This document shows positions 1 through 9,735 of a DNA stretch of 40,815 bases, piece after piece. The translations under genes were made by a program, and so were the position numbers. The notes beneath the pieces are model-generated. The model was not told where the DNA came from, ran no database searches, and saw only the letters and a list, made by a program, of their open reading frames with translations. The stretch is taken from positions 74,315 to 115,129 of the IMG/VR virus record IMGVR_UViG_3300010282_000006; one strand, 5' to 3'. Origin of the DNA: a virus. Its lineage: Duplodnaviria > Heunggongvirae > Uroviricota > Caudoviricetes. Every line of letters starts with the position of its first letter. The stretch's first letter is position 1.

Positions 1-393
1 CTTGACATGTATCCGCATGTGCGCGAGAGATTTGCGGCGGCGGGGCTGCCAGATCCGTACAACGGAGCGTTTCAGGCGTCCGAAGAACAATTCAAAGACG
101 TCGATCTTGTTGTGCGGGCGGCCAGACTATTTTGGCTTGGTTCGCATGGGACTCTGGACGGGCTGCGGATCGAGGCGTGTGCAGAGCCGATGCTGAATGA
201 CGACGAGGACGTCGGCGTGACGCGCTGCGGATGCGTTTCTGCCTATGACCTCGCGCTGCTCGGCCTTGAGCCGGACGATTGCGGCGGCGGAGGGTATCAG
301 CGGAAGGACTGTATGTGCTACGCCGGTAAGGTGGAGCTATTGGAGCGCAAAAAGCAGTGTCTGCACGGTTGTCTGTACTGTTATTGGAGGTGA
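1..393 (+). CDS. DUF1848-like protein with C-terminal Cys cluster, 5'-truncated by window edge
   Basis: Frame open from base 1; C-terminal CGC..QRKDCMC..CLHGCLYCYW resembles the DUF1848 (radical-SAM-like) C-terminus. Confidence 0.55.
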   Translation, partial: LDMYPHVRERFAAAGLPDPYNGAFQASEEQFKDVDLVVRAARLFWLGSHGTLDGLRIEACAEPMLNDDEDVGVTRCGCVSAYDLALLGLEPDDCGGGGYQRKDCMCYAGKVELLERKKQCLHGCLYCYWR

Positions 394-399
394 GATTTA

Positions 400-825
400 T
401 TGGGCGTCAATGGGTATGTTGAATATAAGGCGGTCACGAAGGAATTGCTGGATTTTATTCGCGTTGGCGATCGTGTGAAGGTTAACGACTGGAAGGCGGG
501 TTACGAAGTGCGCGGCGTGTCAGCCAATTATTTTGTAATGGCTCGCACATTCGGTAAGCACGATCATTATTCGGTTTGCGAAAAGAAACCGTGGGAAGGT
601 GTTGGCCACAATGCCATGCGCGGCGGAATGTTCCATGTCGGCACGGACTTCTGGTGCTTCGGCGCGCCGATCTCATGCGATAACCTCTATCGCTTTGCCA
701 ATGCGGATGCAACGGCTGAGTATCTTGGCTTGTTTGAGGATGGCGTGAGCCAGCTTTCATGCCGCACATCTGTGCCGATCAAAAGACTGTATATCAAACG
801 GGCGAAGGGAGATACCGAGAGATGA
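400..825 (+). CDS. hypothetical phage protein
   Basis: 141-aa ORF preceded by GGAGGTGA, tightly packed with neighbours. Confidence 0.7.
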   Translation: MGVNGYVEYKAVTKELLDFIRVGDRVKVNDWKAGYEVRGVSANYFVMARTFGKHDHYSVCEKKPWEGVGHNAMRGGMFHVGTDFWCFGAPISCDNLYRFANADATAEYLGLFEDGVSQLSCRTSVPIKRLYIKRAKGDTER

Positions 826-841
826 AATAGAGGGTGTAGTG

Positions 842-1006
842 ATGAAAATATGGATCATAAGCTATTATGATGTCGGTGAAGATCCTGTTGTGACTCCGTT
901 TGACAATAAGGATGCCGCGACAAAGTGCTATGAACACTTTATTGGGGAGCACGACAGGGTAAACATTGACGAGTGTGAGGTTTACAGCAGCTTCATTGTG
1001 AGCTGA
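842..1006 (+). CDS. small hypothetical protein (54 aa, MKIWIISYYDVGEDPVV...), not in ORF track
   Basis: ATG 842 after AGAGGG RBS, stop TGA 1004-1006; fills the gap between neighbours. Confidence 0.6.
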   Translation: MKIWIISYYDVGEDPVVTPFDNKDAATKCYEHFIGEHDRVNIDECEVYSSFIVS

Positions 1007-1032
1007 GCTGGTTGTTTCAAGAGGAGGTACTT

Positions 1033-1668
1033 TTGAAAATGAAAGAACGGTTTATTGAGCTGTATCGGCGGTATATTACGCGCGAGGGCGCGGATAAGCT
1101 GCTGGCGTGGCTGGAAAAGAGTGATTTTTTCAATGCGCCGGCAAGCACGAAATACCATCTTGCTGAGGCTGGCGGTTTGTGCAAGCACAGCCTGCATGTT
1201 TATGACCGGTTGGTCGGTCTTGTAGATATGGAGGCGCGATACAATCCGGATTTTGTGCGGCCGAGCGACGAAAGTATCGCAATTTGTTCGCTTTTGCATG
1301 ATCTTTGCAAGGTCGGCGTTTACATTTCCGAGCCAAAGAACCAGAAGACGTACGACCCCGATAAGGTTGCCGCCGCGCAGGGATGGCAGGTCAAGCATGA
1401 CGATCTCGGCGATTTCATCTGGGAGACGGTGATGGGTTATCGGTTCGACGATCCGATGCCTTACGGTCATGGCTCGAAGAGCGTCTACATCATCGGCGGA
1501 TTTATGAAGCTGACGCGAGAGGAGGCGTTCGCAATCCGCTATCACATGAGCATGTGGCAGAGCGACGATATGGGCGATCCTGGCAAGGCGTACGATATGT
1601 ACGAGCTGGCGCTTTTGACGCACATGGCGGATGAGCTGGCGTCGTTCGTGGATGAGAAGGAGGGATGA
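1033..1668 (+). CDS. HD-domain phosphohydrolase
   Basis: APASTKYH..GGLCKHSLHV, LLHDLCK (HD), YHM and HMAD motifs; AGGAGG RBS at 1022. Confidence 0.8.
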   Translation: MKMKERFIELYRRYITREGADKLLAWLEKSDFFNAPASTKYHLAEAGGLCKHSLHVYDRLVGLVDMEARYNPDFVRPSDESIAICSLLHDLCKVGVYISEPKNQKTYDPDKVAAAQGWQVKHDDLGDFIWETVMGYRFDDPMPYGHGSKSVYIIGGFMKLTREEAFAIRYHMSMWQSDDMGDPGKAYDMYELALLTHMADELASFVDEKEG

Positions 1669-1732
1669 TGAAAATGACGGAGGCGAAAAAGAACAGCGAC
1701 TCGCTTCTGAATCCGCAGGAAGTGAGCGACGG

Positions 1733-2332
1733 ATGAGGACTGAAAGCGAGTATCAAAAGCTCGTCGAAGACAACCATAAGCTGATCTATGGCTTTCTCAA
1801 TAAGAACCATCTTTCCGATGACTGGTATGGAGAATGCGCCGTTGGACTGTGCAAGGCCGCCAGAGCTTATGATGAGAGCAGAGGTGTTAAATTTTCCGTG
1901 CTCGCCTATCGGACGATGATGAACGAGGTTCGGATGCGGATGCGGACGGAGCGTAAGTTGTGCGATGCCATGTCGTTCGACGAGTTGGTGACGGACGAAT
2001 CGAGCAATACTTTTGGGTATTTTGTTTCAGACCCGTATGACCGATTGGAGGCGCAGGATACCATCGCGCTTTTTGAGTGGGTGATTGAGCGGGCAAAGCT
2101 GAGCGATCTGGACATCATATATCGGCGGCTGCAAGGGCAGTCCGAATGCGAGATTGCCGCTGCACGCGGAACAACGCAAGCATGGGTATCAAAGCGACTT
2201 GTGATGGTGAAGCGTTGTTATGCTGATCAGAGACAGATGTACTGCGCGGTAAGCGAAGAAGATGAGGCGGAACGTGCTGCGCTGCGCGCAAAAATCGTCT
2301 GTTGTCTGAGGGAGCGCGTCGGAACTAATTAG
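1733..2332 (+). CDS. phage sigma-70-family (SigF/SigK-like) sigma factor
   Basis: Region-2-like GLCKAARAYDESRGVKFSVLAYRTM and region-4 HTH SECEIAAARGTTQAWVSKRL. Confidence 0.75.
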   Translation: MRTESEYQKLVEDNHKLIYGFLNKNHLSDDWYGECAVGLCKAARAYDESRGVKFSVLAYRTMMNEVRMRMRTERKLCDAMSFDELVTDESSNTFGYFVSDPYDRLEAQDTIALFEWVIERAKLSDLDIIYRRLQGQSECEIAAARGTTQAWVSKRLVMVKRCYADQRQMYCAVSEEDEAERAALRAKIVCCLRERVGTN

Positions 2333-2366
2333 CGCGACAATAATCTATCTATTTGGAGGGAAGGAT

Positions 2367-2618
2367 ATGGCGTGGTATTGGATCGTTTTCCTGACGATTC
2401 TCATTTTCTGGACGGTTTCGATTATTCTGGCACAGTTTGACGAGGATTTGGCGCTGCGCTGGGCGTTCGGTCTGCTTTACCCGCTTCTTTATTGGCTCTG
2501 CTACCCGATCAGAGCAATCCGGCAATATGAGGACTATCGGGAGCACTACGAAAAGCACGGGATTACCAAGTGGCAATTCCTGTTTGGAAAAAGAACAAAG
2601 AAGGATGTGATGCAATGA
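2367..2618 (+). CDS. small membrane protein
   Basis: Two hydrophobic Trp/Tyr-rich stretches; GGAGGGAAGG RBS. Confidence 0.65.
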   Translation: MAWYWIVFLTILIFWTVSIILAQFDEDLALRWAFGLLYPLLYWLCYPIRAIRQYEDYREHYEKHGITKWQFLFGKRTKKDVMQ

Positions 2619-3043
2619 AACTAAAGGACACTTTGGAGGCGATTTGCGAGCTGGAGCAGAACGACGGGTTTGCGCCGCTGAGCGATAAGACGAGGAAGGC
2701 GGCGCTTTTGGCGCTCGGCGCGTACGATCCGCAGCAGCAGGAATACATCGAACAGCTCGAAGCCGAGTGCAAGACCTACATGGACGCGGCGGAGCTGTAC
2801 GGAATTGACGCGATGACGATGCTATCGCTGGCGCGCAGCCAGATCAAGACATCCGCGAACAATATCCGCCTTTCCGAACAGATGGAAGAGTATCGCAAGC
2901 TGTTCAACGAGCTGCCGAGGAATCTCACGGACGAGGATGTTACGCGCGCGATCATCGCTTATGACGGGAACGGAGCGATGCCGTACTGCGATCTTGTTTG
3001 GGCGGCGCTTTGGGCGGTGAGAAAATATCTCAGAATGAGGTGA
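2615..3043 (+). CDS. hypothetical phage protein
   Basis: ATG 2615 with AAGGA RBS, overlaps upstream stop. Confidence 0.65.
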   Translation: MKLKDTLEAICELEQNDGFAPLSDKTRKAALLALGAYDPQQQEYIEQLEAECKTYMDAAELYGIDAMTMLSLARSQIKTSANNIRLSEQMEEYRKLFNELPRNLTDEDVTRAIIAYDGNGAMPYCDLVWAALWAVRKYLRMR

Positions 3044-3047
3044 AGCG

Positions 3048-4271
3048 ATGACCGTTACGGTTTGCGACATGATTATGGGCGCTGGCAAGACCAGCGCCGC
3101 AATCGCAAAAATGAACAGTGATACGGAAAGCCGCTACATCTTCATTACGCCGTTTCTCGCCGAGGTGGAGCGAATCAAGGAGGGCTGTGCCGCGCGTTCG
3201 TTTTACGATCCGAAGAATTTCGGATGCCGGAAACTCGATGACCTGCACGAAAAGCTGTCACGCGGCTGCAACATTGCCAGTACGCACGCGCTGTTTCACA
3301 CCTATAACGACACTACCATCAGACTGATCCGTGAGGGTGGGTACAAGCTCATACTCGACGAGGTGACGGATGTTTACGAAAACTTGAAAATATCCCCGAA
3401 GGACATTGAGTTGCTGAGGCATCACAATACGATCTCCGTCAGTGAAGCCGACGGTCGCGTGCGCTGGCTGGACAACGAGTATGACGGCGAGTTCAATGAG
3501 CTGCGCGATACGATTTTGACCGGGCATGTGACGCTTTGCAAGGGCTGTATGATGCTTTGGACGTTCCCAATCGAGGTGTTTGAAGCGTTTCGTGACGTGC
3601 TGGTTTTGACGTATCTGTTCGACGCTCAACCGCAGAAATATTACTTTGACATCAACGGCGTCGGCATAAGGAGAATCGGCACGACGTATGAGCGCGGCGC
3701 GTATCACTTCTGCGATGTGCCTGCTGTTCCTGCGTATGTGAGGACGCTGCGCGATAAGATCCATATTCTTGACGACGCAGCGCTGAACGCGATTGGAGAC
3801 GTGGACGGTACGCTTTCCGTATCGTGGTATCAACGCGAAGCGAAGAGGCGAGGCAAGCCAAGCATCAACAGGCTCAAAAACAACCTCGGCAACGTATTCA
3901 AGCACCGTTATGGAACGCCGATGAAGAGGAACCTTTGGACGACGTACAAGGATTATTGCGACGTTTTGAAGGGAAAGGGCTATACAGGCGGATTTCTTTC
4001 TTGGAATACGCGGGCGACGAACGCATACCGCGACCGCGACCATCTGGCGTTTTGCGTCAACCTCTATTTCAACCCGGTGCTCAAAAACTTCTACATGGAG
4101 CGCGGCGTCGATGTGCAGGAGGAGCGCTGGGCGCTTGGCGAGATGATTCAATGGATCTGGCGCAGCGCAATACGGGACGGGAACGAAATTTGGCTTTACA
4201 TCCCGTCGCGGCGGATGCGAATGATACTGCTTGACTGGCTGGACGAGCTGGCAGGCGAGGAGGTGGCGTGA
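3048..4271 (+). CDS. SF2 helicase-like P-loop ATPase
   Basis: Walker A MGAGKT, Walker B LILDE, late QWIWRSAIR motif. Confidence 0.7.
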   Translation: MTVTVCDMIMGAGKTSAAIAKMNSDTESRYIFITPFLAEVERIKEGCAARSFYDPKNFGCRKLDDLHEKLSRGCNIASTHALFHTYNDTTIRLIREGGYKLILDEVTDVYENLKISPKDIELLRHHNTISVSEADGRVRWLDNEYDGEFNELRDTILTGHVTLCKGCMMLWTFPIEVFEAFRDVLVLTYLFDAQPQKYYFDINGVGIRRIGTTYERGAYHFCDVPAVPAYVRTLRDKIHILDDAALNAIGDVDGTLSVSWYQREAKRRGKPSINRLKNNLGNVFKHRYGTPMKRNLWTTYKDYCDVLKGKGYTGGFLSWNTRATNAYRDRDHLAFCVNLYFNPVLKNFYMERGVDVQEERWALGEMIQWIWRSAIRDGNEIWLYIPSRRMRMILLDWLDELAGEEVA

Positions 4272-4275
4272 AACA

Positions 4276-4584
4276 ATGGATGATTTCAAGGAAACTGCGT
4301 GGGATCATGTGTCAGGCGAGAAGTATGCCACTTTTTCAACCTCTGAGAAAAAGTGGATGCGAGCGATCGAGGATCTGAAAGAGAAGTATCCAAGCGACGT
4401 CGATATACGATACAAGGGGGATGAAACCATTGTCGTGCGTCTGCCGGCCTCGTGGTTTAAGCTGAGACCAAAGAAGCAGAGCAACATGACGGATGAACAG
4501 AAGGAGGCGGCGCGTAAGCGCCTTGAGGCTGCGAGAAGCAAGCGGTTTGAAAAAATCCAAGATGATCGGGCGGTGAGCGGATGA
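4276..4584 (+). CDS. hypothetical protein, translationally coupled to the RNA polymerase gene
   Basis: ATG 4276 after GGAGG; stop overlaps RNAP start (ATGA). Confidence 0.65.
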   Translation: MDDFKETAWDHVSGEKYATFSTSEKKWMRAIEDLKEKYPSDVDIRYKGDETIVVRLPASWFKLRPKKQSNMTDEQKEAARKRLEAARSKRFEKIQDDRAVSG

Positions 4585-7400
4585 CTGGAGGCGTCTACAT
4601 CGTGTCGGCAGACGCGAAGGATCTCTTTCTTGCCAACTACTCCTCAGAGCGTTGCGCCGGCTATACGGTGAAGTACAGCTCTGATGGGAATGCTGGTGAG
4701 TATAATACAAAGCGGTTTATCAACACATTGGATTACAGTCTTGACCTCATCAAGCTGCGCGAAGTATATGAGAAGGTTTACCGACGCATGGACTTTACGT
4801 TCAACAAGCGTGGTAAGGAATACTGCCGCCGTGTGATCAACGTGACGTTCAAGTATAACATCAAGGAGTTCAATCGGTTCTCAGGCAATACCTATGTTAA
4901 ATTCGGATATTTGCCGAGTGACGTGGAGCTGCGCGACGGCGTGTGCGTGCGTGACGGAGAGTTGCTGGCGGTGCGTGTGGACGAGCCGGTGAAGCATCCG
5001 ATTGACAATGCAATTCTTGGCAAATGTTTCGCGTTTGAGGATGGCATGTATCGCCTCGGCAAACAGATGAAGGTGATTTTTACGGTGGCGCAGCTTCGCG
5101 AGAGGCTGTATCGGGATGGGTTCCGATGTGACGGGATCGACTTTTGCCGGTTTAAGAGATCCAGCGGTTCGAGCCGCGTTGGAAAGTGCCTTTTCATTGA
5201 CAAAGACCTGTATCGCCGGATGCACAAGTGGGAGATGTGCGGATTGACGGTGAAAGACGGGCAGGAGGTAGATCTTGCAGCGTTGGAGGCGTACATCTCG
5301 CTGACGTTGAGCAGCATCATCGACACGATTCCCCTGCGTCCTGAGAACTTCCTTGTGATTGATGACTACAAGAGCGCTTTCCGTGATCGAGCCGTCGTTT
5401 CACGCATTGGCGCAGACGGATGGTTGCAATCGAAACCGGAAGAGGTGGACGTTGAGAATAGCATTTGGGATGGACAATCTCTGATCGAGAAGGATGCGAT
5501 GGGGGCGTATCAGAATCGCGGCATGATCCTGCTGCGCAACCGATTCTTCAAATCCGCTTGCTTCAACGCCAATATCCAGCAATTCTTCCGCGATAACGGC
5601 ATTACTGAGATTTCTCAACTGCACGGATTTACGCTGGCGAAACGTGTGGAAGATATCAAGATCATTACGACGCCGAGCAGCATCAAGTATGTGAAATTCG
5701 GGAGCCTTGAACGGTGGCTGCGTCTCTTGGATGAGGATGGGGACTTCGGCGTGGTGAAGCACGAGAAGCCTACGCACTTTTTTGATGGGCGTATGGTGCA
5801 AATCCACTATCAGCTTCTCAACACGTTGCAGCTTTCGCAGGCGGACGTCGATGAGCTGGTAAAGCCTGCGCTTTCGTATCTGCAAATGATTCACGATGAC
5901 CCCGCAGTTCTGCGCTATCACATTCGTTACAGCGGAGAGGATGAGGAGATCCACGACGCGGCAACCACGAACGATGTGATATACCAAATGCTCGGTGTGA
6001 GCGACAGGTTTTCCCAAACGCGGCTTTACTATGACTTTAAGCAGGATCTAACAGAGTCGTTTATGAAGACGCTGCGGTGCGGACACATATTGGTCGATGG
6101 AAATTACTCGACACTGCTTGGCAATCCTGTTGAGATGCTTTTGTCAGCGGTTGGAAAATTTGACGGAACGAGTCAAATTGGCGTCGGGAACGTCTATTCC
6201 AAGCGATTCCAGTTCAACCAAACGCTTCTTGGCAGCCGCAGTCCGCATGTGACGATGGGGAATATTTTGCTGTCAAAGAACAGGGCAAACCCGCAGATCG
6301 AACGCTATTTCAACCTGACGAACGAAATCGTCTGCATCAACAGTGTTGGAGAGAATATTTTGATGCGGCTTTCCGGAGCCGATTTTGACAGCGACACCAT
6401 GCTTTTGACCGATAATCCTATACTTGTGCGCGCGGCTGAGAAAAACTACGGGAAGTTTCTTGTGCCGACGAGCATGGTGGAAGCGAAGAAGGTCGTTCGG
6501 CATTATACATGGTCGGAACAGGCCGATCTCGACATCAAGACGAGCGTGAACAAGATCGGTGAGATCGTCAATCTCTCTCAGGAATTGAATACGCGGCTGT
6601 GGCACACGATCAACGGCGGCGGGACATTTGAAGAGGTTGAGGAGCTGTATTGCAATATTGCAAAGCTGGATGTGCTTAGCGGCATTGAGATCGACAAGGC
6701 GAAAAAAGAGTTTGCGGTGGACAGCATCGGCGAGATTAAGCGGCTCAAGCAGCAGTATGAGATCCGCGATGATGACGGAAGGCAGGTTAAGCCGAACTTC
6801 TTTGGAAAGATCGCTCGCATGAAGGGCTATTATGACAGCGCGCGGAAGAATTATCGCTTTCACGATACGACGATGGACTATCTGCAACACAGCCTGAACC
6901 GTTTTCGGGTGAATCGGAAAAAAGATGGGTTCATCCCGTTTTCCGATATGCTGATTCCGCGTGACGGGTCGATTGGGCTTGCGGTATGGTATCCGCAGGT
7001 GAACCGCATTTTGGAGCTGGTGCGAAATATGCGCGCGCAGATCAGGGCGGTATGGGATGACCGAGAGAGCAGTATGGAAAACCGCGACAGGGCGATGTTG
7101 GTGGACGAAATCCGCAGGGAGTGTTATGACTACATTAAAGCAATTCGCGTCAATCGCAATACGGCGTATCGCTTGCTCCTTGCAATCGAAGAGCCGCAGA
7201 ATAAGGATATTTCAAGGAGCCTTTTCTATATGCTCTTTTCGCTCCCCAATCAATGTTTTCTCGATCTTATTGAGGAAAGCCGCGAGCCGATCATGCTGCT
7301 AGAAGAAGATGATACAGCGGCCGGCAGCATCACGATTTATGGTCGGCGTTTTCGTAAGATTCCATCCATCCCGTGCAAAATATCCGGTGTAGTTTGCTGA
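4581..7400 (+). CDS. yonO: YonO-like single-subunit double-psi-barrel DNA-dependent RNA polymerase (RdRP-like fold)
   Basis: 939 aa; RSSGSSRVGKCLFI, RNRFFKSACF, GSRSPH and catalytic loop LSGADFDSD (6381-6395); SPbeta-like synteny with HU, phosphoesterase and terminase. Confidence 0.8.
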   Translation: MTGGVYIVSADAKDLFLANYSSERCAGYTVKYSSDGNAGEYNTKRFINTLDYSLDLIKLREVYEKVYRRMDFTFNKRGKEYCRRVINVTFKYNIKEFNRFSGNTYVKFGYLPSDVELRDGVCVRDGELLAVRVDEPVKHPIDNAILGKCFAFEDGMYRLGKQMKVIFTVAQLRERLYRDGFRCDGIDFCRFKRSSGSSRVGKCLFIDKDLYRRMHKWEMCGLTVKDGQEVDLAALEAYISLTLSSIIDTIPLRPENFLVIDDYKSAFRDRAVVSRIGADGWLQSKPEEVDVENSIWDGQSLIEKDAMGAYQNRGMILLRNRFFKSACFNANIQQFFRDNGITEISQLHGFTLAKRVEDIKIITTPSSIKYVKFGSLERWLRLLDEDGDFGVVKHEKPTHFFDGRMVQIHYQLLNTLQLSQADVDELVKPALSYLQMIHDDPAVLRYHIRYSGEDEEIHDAATTNDVIYQMLGVSDRFSQTRLYYDFKQDLTESFMKTLRCGHILVDGNYSTLLGNPVEMLLSAVGKFDGTSQIGVGNVYSKRFQFNQTLLGSRSPHVTMGNILLSKNRANPQIERYFNLTNEIVCINSVGENILMRLSGADFDSDTMLLTDNPILVRAAEKNYGKFLVPTSMVEAKKVVRHYTWSEQADLDIKTSVNKIGEIVNLSQELNTRLWHTINGGGTFEEVEELYCNIAKLDVLSGIEIDKAKKEFAVDSIGEIKRLKQQYEIRDDDGRQVKPNFFGKIARMKGYYDSARKNYRFHDTTMDYLQHSLNRFRVNRKKDGFIPFSDMLIPRDGSIGLAVWYPQVNRILELVRNMRAQIRAVWDDRESSMENRDRAMLVDEIRRECYDYIKAIRVNRNTAYRLLLAIEEPQNKDISRSLFYMLFSLPNQCFLDLIEESREPIMLLEEDDTAAGSITIYGRRFRKIPSIPCKISGVVC

Positions 7401-7617
7401 AAACACGCAGAAATGTATGGATTTTGCAAGGTTAGTTCTGAACAAATGTGCGGATACCGCCAATGTTTTGTGACTGGACAGGAGATCGCAGAATTTCCCG
7501 ATACAGGATGGAGGGGCGCTTTTTTCACCTGCTGTATGTCTTCGCGCGAGCGCGCAAGCGTAATGTGGTAAAAAACGACCCGTATCGTCCAAATCTATTT
7601 GAAAAGGATGTAGTTTT

Positions 7618-7857
7618 GTGATTTCTATTACCAAGGACGAGAAGATGCTTTTGGAGAAGCTGTATCCGCAGTACAAGTATCCGCGCACGATGAAGCAGCG
7701 TACAAAGCGCCATCATTATTTCTGCACGGAGTCCGAGGAACTGATGCGCGCGATTGCCGACACGAACAGCGCTGCGGCAGAGCTGGTTCGCGAGTTTGAC
7801 CGGCGAAGAGCAATGCGCGAGCGCCGCAGGCGGCACGATAGGAGTCGTGATCGTTGA
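7618..7857 (+). CDS. small basic hypothetical protein
   Basis: GTG start after AAAAGGA; 79 aa. Confidence 0.6.
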   Translation: MISITKDEKMLLEKLYPQYKYPRTMKQRTKRHHYFCTESEELMRAIADTNSAAAELVREFDRRRAMRERRRRHDRSRDR

Positions 7858-8051
7858 TGGCGTATCAGGACAGGATTGAGCGATATGAACACGCCACGAT
7901 CGACTGCGCCGACGGTACGCTGACGGAGTATCGTGACGACGCGGCCAGATCGTACGCGATCGACGAGATACTCAGACGTTGGGACGGCGTGCCGGACGTG
8001 ACCATTACGATCGAACGGCGGCGTGAATTACCGCCGACAGAAGGAGGGTGA
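7857..8051 (+). CDS. small hypothetical protein
   Basis: Coupled overlaps with both neighbours. Confidence 0.6.
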   Translation: MAYQDRIERYEHATIDCADGTLTEYRDDAARSYAIDEILRRWDGVPDVTITIERRRELPPTEGG

Positions 8052-9283
8052 CGGAGGACGTGAATCCCAATTATGAGCGCAGAGACGGTGAGGGTGCCTA
8101 TGAGTACGGGCTTCGGCTGATTGCGACGAAGGTAGAGGAGCGACCGGAGGATCTGGATTGGCAGGACATCGTTGAAGCGATTGGCCTTGATTGCCACCGT
8201 GACAGTTTGCGCAAGGCTGCGTCTGTGACGCCGTACTCAGGATATGCTGTGATGCAGTATTTCAAAAAGAAGACGGGCTCGTCCTCTGACGCTTCGCGAG
8301 ACGCCTATATCGACGAGATCGAGGAGAAGACCATCAAAATGCGTAAGGAGGCCAAGCGATTTTTCGATCAGCGTCGCGAGTTCAACAAGCTCGTGGATCG
8401 CTTGGGACGCGAGGAGCATCTGGAGGATCGCCTCGTTGCGGCGGCACAAGAGCTGAATTGCTTATCCCCGCTCGCAGTCGAGAAGGAGAGCCTTCATTGC
8501 AGCGATGGAGAAGAGGCCGTGCTTGTGCTCGCCGATTGGCACTATGGTATGGTGACGGATAATATCTGGCAGCATTATGACACGGATGTTTGCCGAGAGA
8601 GAGTGGAAAAGCTCGTGACCGAGACGATTAAGAGATTGCGGCTGCATCGTCCGAGGCGTCTGCATGTCGTTTTGCTCGGCGATATGGCGCATGGCGCAAT
8701 CCACACGAGCGTTCGAGTGGCGAGCGAGGAGCTTGTTTGCGAACAGGTGATGCAGGTGAGTGAGATCCTTGCGCGATCAATCGCCGCTCTTGCCGACGAG
8801 GTTGAGGAAACCGTTGTTCATGCGACGTATGGGAACCACCTGCGTACGGTACAGAACAAGAGCGACAGCCTGCACGCAGACAATATGGAGCGGTTGATCC
8901 CGTGGTGGCTGGAGCAGCGGCTTATGGGGCGTGGCGATGTCGTTTTCCCGGAGGCGGAATACTACGAGTTTTTGTACTTTGACGTCTGTGGTTATCATGT
9001 GTGCGCAACGCATGGCGATCTCGACCATGTGAAGAGTGCCGGCCGCACGCTCAACACGCTCTTCCAGAAGAAGTACGGAACCGGAATCGACTACGTTCTC
9101 CTTGCCGATAAGCACCACAAGGAAGAATTTGAAGAGCTTGGCGTCGAGACGATGATCGTTCGTGCGCTTTGCGGCGTAGACGACTATGCCAACGACAGGC
9201 GACTTTATTCGATACCGGGACAGCTCTTACTATTTTTCAAAACCGGCATTGGTGCCGACGCATACTATCAAATCAGGCTGTAG
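8048..9283 (+). CDS. calcineurin-like metallophosphoesterase with N-terminal helical region
   Basis: DWH, GDMAHG, GNH, THGD, ADKHH metal-binding motifs. Confidence 0.8.
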   Translation: MTEDVNPNYERRDGEGAYEYGLRLIATKVEERPEDLDWQDIVEAIGLDCHRDSLRKAASVTPYSGYAVMQYFKKKTGSSSDASRDAYIDEIEEKTIKMRKEAKRFFDQRREFNKLVDRLGREEHLEDRLVAAAQELNCLSPLAVEKESLHCSDGEEAVLVLADWHYGMVTDNIWQHYDTDVCRERVEKLVTETIKRLRLHRPRRLHVVLLGDMAHGAIHTSVRVASEELVCEQVMQVSEILARSIAALADEVEETVVHATYGNHLRTVQNKSDSLHADNMERLIPWWLEQRLMGRGDVVFPEAEYYEFLYFDVCGYHVCATHGDLDHVKSAGRTLNTLFQKKYGTGIDYVLLADKHHKEEFEELGVETMIVRALCGVDDYANDRRLYSIPGQLLLFFKTGIGADAYYQIRL

Positions 9284-9309
9284 GCAGCCATAAGGAAGGA
9301 ATGATACCA

Positions 9310-9627
9310 TTGACCAAGGAAGACCTGACCTCGGTGATGTCCGAGATGGGGTACTGCAAGGATCAGGCCAATGAGTTTATCACGGAGCTGTTTCGCACCA
9401 TCGGAGAAACGCTTGTGCGTGGCGAGTCTGTGCGCATCCGTGGTTTCGGGCTTTTTGAGGTTAAGACGCACAAGGGGCATTTGGCGCACAACGCCATCAC
9501 TGGCGAAAACCGTATGCTGGAAGCATATCCGGTCGTTTCGTTCCGCCCCGGCGACAACCTCAAGTCCGCCGTGAGGAGCGGCGACGCCGAAAAGCTCAAA
9601 GTGCCGTCCAAAGCGGCAATTCAATAA
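9310..9627 (+). CDS. hup: HU/IHF-family histone-like DNA-binding protein
   Basis: GESVRIRGFGLFEV...HNAITGE...YPVVSFRPG signature; TTG start after AAGGAAGGA. Confidence 0.85.
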   Translation: MTKEDLTSVMSEMGYCKDQANEFITELFRTIGETLVRGESVRIRGFGLFEVKTHKGHLAHNAITGENRMLEAYPVVSFRPGDNLKSAVRSGDAEKLKVPSKAAIQ

Positions 9628-9735
9628 TTCGTATTCACTAATCATGCCCTCGGAGGTCTTCGGACTGACCGTGAAAGCTCAACGTTTGCGGACGCATGAG
9701 AAAGGCGCGGGCTTTATTTATCTACGGAGGAGTTT

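Noticed and set aside
7401-7617. Sigma-A promoter or shared late-promoter motif (GAATA/CTATTTG-like words before several late genes)
   Set aside because: Matches too short and degenerate to support by eye
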